A stretch of DNA of 64,000 bases from Neoechinorhynchus agilis. Its lineage: Eukaryota; Animalia; Acanthocephala. Position 1 is the stretch's first letter, and every line of letters begins with the position of its first letter. The DNA is taken from positions 16,346,784 to 16,410,783 of the forward strand of contig CM121341.1 of the NCBI GenBank assembly GCA_051530055.1. The letters run 5' to 3'. Of this stretch, positions 60,876 to 64,000 are shown in pieces. The notes beneath the pieces were generated by a model. It was given only the letters and a program-made list of their open reading frames with translations, made no database searches and was not told where the DNA came from. A program made the position numbers and the translations under genes.

Positions 60876-63821
60876 CTATCTCCTTCCGGCCGGTTCGTCC
60901 GACGAAGGTCTATTTTGGCCCGAAGGTGGTGGAGGTGGTAGGGCAAGGCCGCTTCCTCTGAGGTTGCGTGGAAGACCTCCTGAATTGTTACCAGCAAACA
61001 AACTAGTTAATAACGGATTGTTGTTGGATGACTCTTCTATTTGACTTGGATTGCGAAATGCTGAAGCTGCTTGATGAGCAAGTGCGATAGCTGCTGAATG
61101 ATCGGCAGAATTCACCATGGATTGAGTTGGTGCCATAATCGCAAGTCTCATTAGAGCATCACGTTCTCGCATCAATGCAGCAGCATCAAACGCTCCTGGG
61201 GGTGGAACAGCTGTTGGGTTGTCGTTCAAGTGTAAGTGAGTATGAGAATGAGCATGAACATGAGCATGATTGTGAGTAGAAGATGGGCGAATCATTGGCG
61301 TAGGGATCCGCCCACTCGCTGCAGCCGCAGCCAGCATCGACATTGGATCATAAGATTGTGAAGGTGCTTGTGATGGTGGCGCGCTTGGTGGCGGTTGGGG
61401 ATGTGGTGGAAACATATTGTAAGGTCCAGATAATCTCGACAGATCTTGTTGTGGCGGTCCCATAAAGGGAGGCAGAAAATTCGGACGTTGTTGACCTTGT
61501 TGATTCAACATTCCTAATCGTCCAGCAGCTGCAATTTCGCTCAAATGTCTTAATGCTGGAGTGTCCATCATTTGATTGTGTCCAGGATGTTGCGACTGTC
61601 CTGATTGCTGCTGTGGTGGCGGATGCATTGGTCCGCCCATCATCAACATCCCCGGTCCGTGTATACCGGAAGTAGGTAGGTTTCCTTGTTGAGATTGAGC
61701 CATTTTCAAATAATACATTGCCGAAGCTGCTTGTTGTGGAGTAAGGGTGGGTGTTGTTTGTATTGGACCGACGCTTGCTTGTTGAAGTAATTGTTGAGCT
61801 GTAACATTTCCACCGGCAAATGCTCTACATGCAAGAAAATCCGCTATTTGGGCGCATTTTGGGTAATCCAGATGACTTGAATTAACTGCTGCTGCCGCTG
61901 CTGCGATCTGTTGATGAAAACTGTATGGATTCATTGAAGAAGTGAGTTGTTGAATCGAAGAACTATTGCCAACAGATTGAATCGTGGATGAGCATGCACC
62001 ATTACCAGACCCAACTGACGAGTCTGCTCTAAAACGTTCAGTTCTACCTCGCTTTTGAGGCGGTTCGCATGGCTCATCCACAATCGTTACTCCTTGTTGG
62101 CTTGACTGGATCTTGTTCTTATGGAACTCTTGATTAAATATGACATCTGTACGAGAACAAAAGGTAGTAGATCCACCGTCTAAGATCTGAATAAATTTCC
62201 CACCATAAAGCTCCTTACTTATTTGTTTCGCATTTGAACAATCAGGGCCCAGGCTACTTGTTGGAGGAGTTGTTTCGCTAATTGTAGCCCGATCTGATAG
62301 ATTTTTTGATTCTGTTGTTACAGTTTCTTCTCCAGCCAAATGTTGTCCATTTGAAGTCTCATGATTCTGTTCATTTGAAGCTAAAGTTGCAACTTGAAGT
62401 TCTCCTGGTCGAGGTGGTTCGTCGTGGCATTTGAAGTCGTCGTATTTTCGAAAGGAAATATAACACCGATTACAAATCAGAGCAATTCCCCTTTTCGTTT
62501 TTGTGTTGTCCGGAATTGAGTGCCCGAGAGTCTTTAAATATAGATTAAGTGCCGTTCCAACTGCTGCTTCAGAAACCCATTCTGAAGGCTGTTTGTCTGT
62601 TTCGCCATATTGACAAATCGTACAAACCCGAGGCGGATCATCCGCTTTATACGAAGAAGCAAGTGCTTGTCGAACTCTCTCAGTGGCCAGCCGAACGCTT
62701 GATTTAGACTTTACCAACGATCGCTCAGCTAGAGTTTGTTTGCACAGATACCGAAATGAATCGCCTTCCTCCGTCCGTTTCCAATAATAGTAGAATTGAA
62801 CAAGTTCTGCAATTCGTTTATGTGGAAGATAGTCGCGTTTGATTGTATGGAAAAATGGAATATTTCCTGGATTATTAAGGGCGAATTTATAACCCTTTTG
62901 AAACTTATCGGTATCGGCATCATTAAAGAATTTGGCAGTTAGAGAAAAGCATCTCCCCAATGATCGTGGTTTTACTGCATTTCCATCAAGAAGTTTTTCA
63001 AGCGCATAATCTGGATCGTATTTACATTGAGTAAGTGTAGCTAAAGCCAAGTTGATTGACTCGTCGCCATGATGAATAAGAGATCTTTTCTGTTCTGATT
63101 TTACGTTTTGATTTATTAAGATGACCATTCTAGCCATTTCGAGATAATGATCGATCTCTTCTTCTGTCAAAGAACAATCTTGTCCACAAAATAGAGGGGT
63201 ATCATCCACATCTTCGCGTTCTTCATCGTATACAACTGGGTCGACATGACCGACTTCAGGAATCTGAGCCTGATAAAGAGGACCGACGTTAACTTTGTTT
63301 TTAAATGAGCACAGTCTTCGATTGTTTGAGTCGTATGAATGCACGACCCAGAAATGATTTGGTTCCGGTATAAAAGCCAAAACTTCAGATACGTTTTTAT
63401 AATTGATAACCAAGCATTTACCGACAATCATTTTCACGGGAACTGAATCCCTTTTGTCAGATTGGAAAAGTTCTCGACACTTGATACTTGGTGAATTGAG
63501 TTTAACAACAAGATGTGGTTGTTCCGTCGTCTCAGAAGCTCGTTCGGTTTCTGCGTCGGTGAGCGCAGTAATTGGAACATCTCGTTTTCGGAGATACCAA
63601 GTGATATAAGCGTATAGGCCAGTTGGATAATCCTTAAATTGTGTTATTTGGGCGATTGAGTACGGATGGCACCGTTTGCCCATGTCAACATAGATGAACT
63701 CCCGGCGGCAATAGGTGTTTCCAGCAGAGTCCGTCCATGAACTGATACGACGATGAGTTCCACCTGAAGTAGCTTTTGAGTTATCACTAGCAGCTGAGTC
63801 TTTTGATCGCGTTGAAACCAT
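60876..63821 (-). CDS. RERE: RERE/atrophin-like corepressor (BAH, ELM2, SANT, GATA-like finger, P/Q/A/H-rich tail), single ORF, 981 aa
   Basis: PYSIAQI, CRELFQS, GKCLV, VGPLYQAQIP, KRIAELVQFYYYWKRT, CTIC...CNRC..FRKY, HAHVHAHSHTHLHL. Confidence 0.85.
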   Translation of the reverse strand: MVSTRSKDSAASDNSKATSGGTHRRISSWTDSAGNTYCRREFIYVDMGKRCHPYSIAQITQFKDYPTGLYAYITWYLRKRDVPITALTDAETERASETTEQPHLVVKLNSPSIKCRELFQSDKRDSVPVKMIVGKCLVINYKNVSEVLAFIPEPNHFWVVHSYDSNNRRLCSFKNKVNVGPLYQAQIPEVGHVDPVVYDEEREDVDDTPLFCGQDCSLTEEEIDHYLEMARMVILINQNVKSEQKRSLIHHGDESINLALATLTQCKYDPDYALEKLLDGNAVKPRSLGRCFSLTAKFFNDADTDKFQKGYKFALNNPGNIPFFHTIKRDYLPHKRIAELVQFYYYWKRTEEGDSFRYLCKQTLAERSLVKSKSSVRLATERVRQALASSYKADDPPRVCTICQYGETDKQPSEWVSEAAVGTALNLYLKTLGHSIPDNTKTKRGIALICNRCYISFRKYDDFKCHDEPPRPGELQVATLASNEQNHETSNGQHLAGEETVTTESKNLSDRATISETTPPTSSLGPDCSNAKQISKELYGGKFIQILDGGSTTFCSRTDVIFNQEFHKNKIQSSQQGVTIVDEPCEPPQKRGRTERFRADSSVGSGNGACSSTIQSVGNSSSIQQLTSSMNPYSFHQQIAAAAAAVNSSHLDYPKCAQIADFLACRAFAGGNVTAQQLLQQASVGPIQTTPTLTPQQAASAMYYLKMAQSQQGNLPTSGIHGPGMLMMGGPMHPPPQQQSGQSQHPGHNQMMDTPALRHLSEIAAAGRLGMLNQQGQQRPNFLPPFMGPPQQDLSRLSGPYNMFPPHPQPPPSAPPSQAPSQSYDPMSMLAAAAASGRIPTPMIRPSSTHNHAHVHAHSHTHLHLNDNPTAVPPPGAFDAAALMRERDALMRLAIMAPTQSMVNSADHSAAIALAHQAASAFRNPSQIEESSNNNPLLTSLFAGNNSGGLPRNLRGSGLALPPPPPSGQNRPSSDEPAGRR

Positions 63822-64000
63822 TTCTGAAAAAAGGCGATAGGTGGAGGGTAACAGTGGTGGTGGGATATAAGCAGGAAAGGGGAGAATCTGGCTGCTTGAA
63901 AAATAGACAAGCGCCCGTCATCTTGTCAGGAAATGCTATAAAGAACGAGACAGAAACATTACAACGCGACGGTGGTGAGGGCCATCAGATATGAGTTTGA

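Noticed and set aside
60461-60961. 166-aa hydrophobic + strand ORF
   Set aside because: It overlaps the RERE 3' end antisense in AT-rich sequence, with no recognisable family.

Overview
AT-rich, gene-dense window from an unidentified metazoan; the taxon cannot be fixed from sequence alone. Genes: PARP1 (-), p23/PTGES3 (-), nicastrin (+), a possible dynactin p24-like gene (+), a Hox-less ceramide synthase (+), APC1/ANAPC1 (+), PP6 catalytic subunit (+) and a RERE/atrophin-like gene (-). A ~28 kb array of about 149 copies of a 188-bp dyad-rich satellite with higher-order duplications lies between PARP1 and p23. Mobile DNA comprises four CRE-clade-like (RT plus restriction-like endonuclease) retrotransposon pieces, a decayed Penelope-like GIY-YIG fragment, two hammerhead-like motifs, a TA-flanked Tc1/pogo-type MITE family and five unrelated fold-back elements. 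Main observation: alongside eight ordinary GT-AG coding introns, up to eight interruptions in PARP1, nicastrin, APC1 and PP6 are best removed as non-GT-AG introns of the form exon-TAN|...TAN|exon, whose two ends base-pair into an RNA stem. This suggests a second, structure-defined and probably transposon-derived intron class living beside canonical introns in the same genes. All splice models are inferred from homology and need cDNA confirmation.
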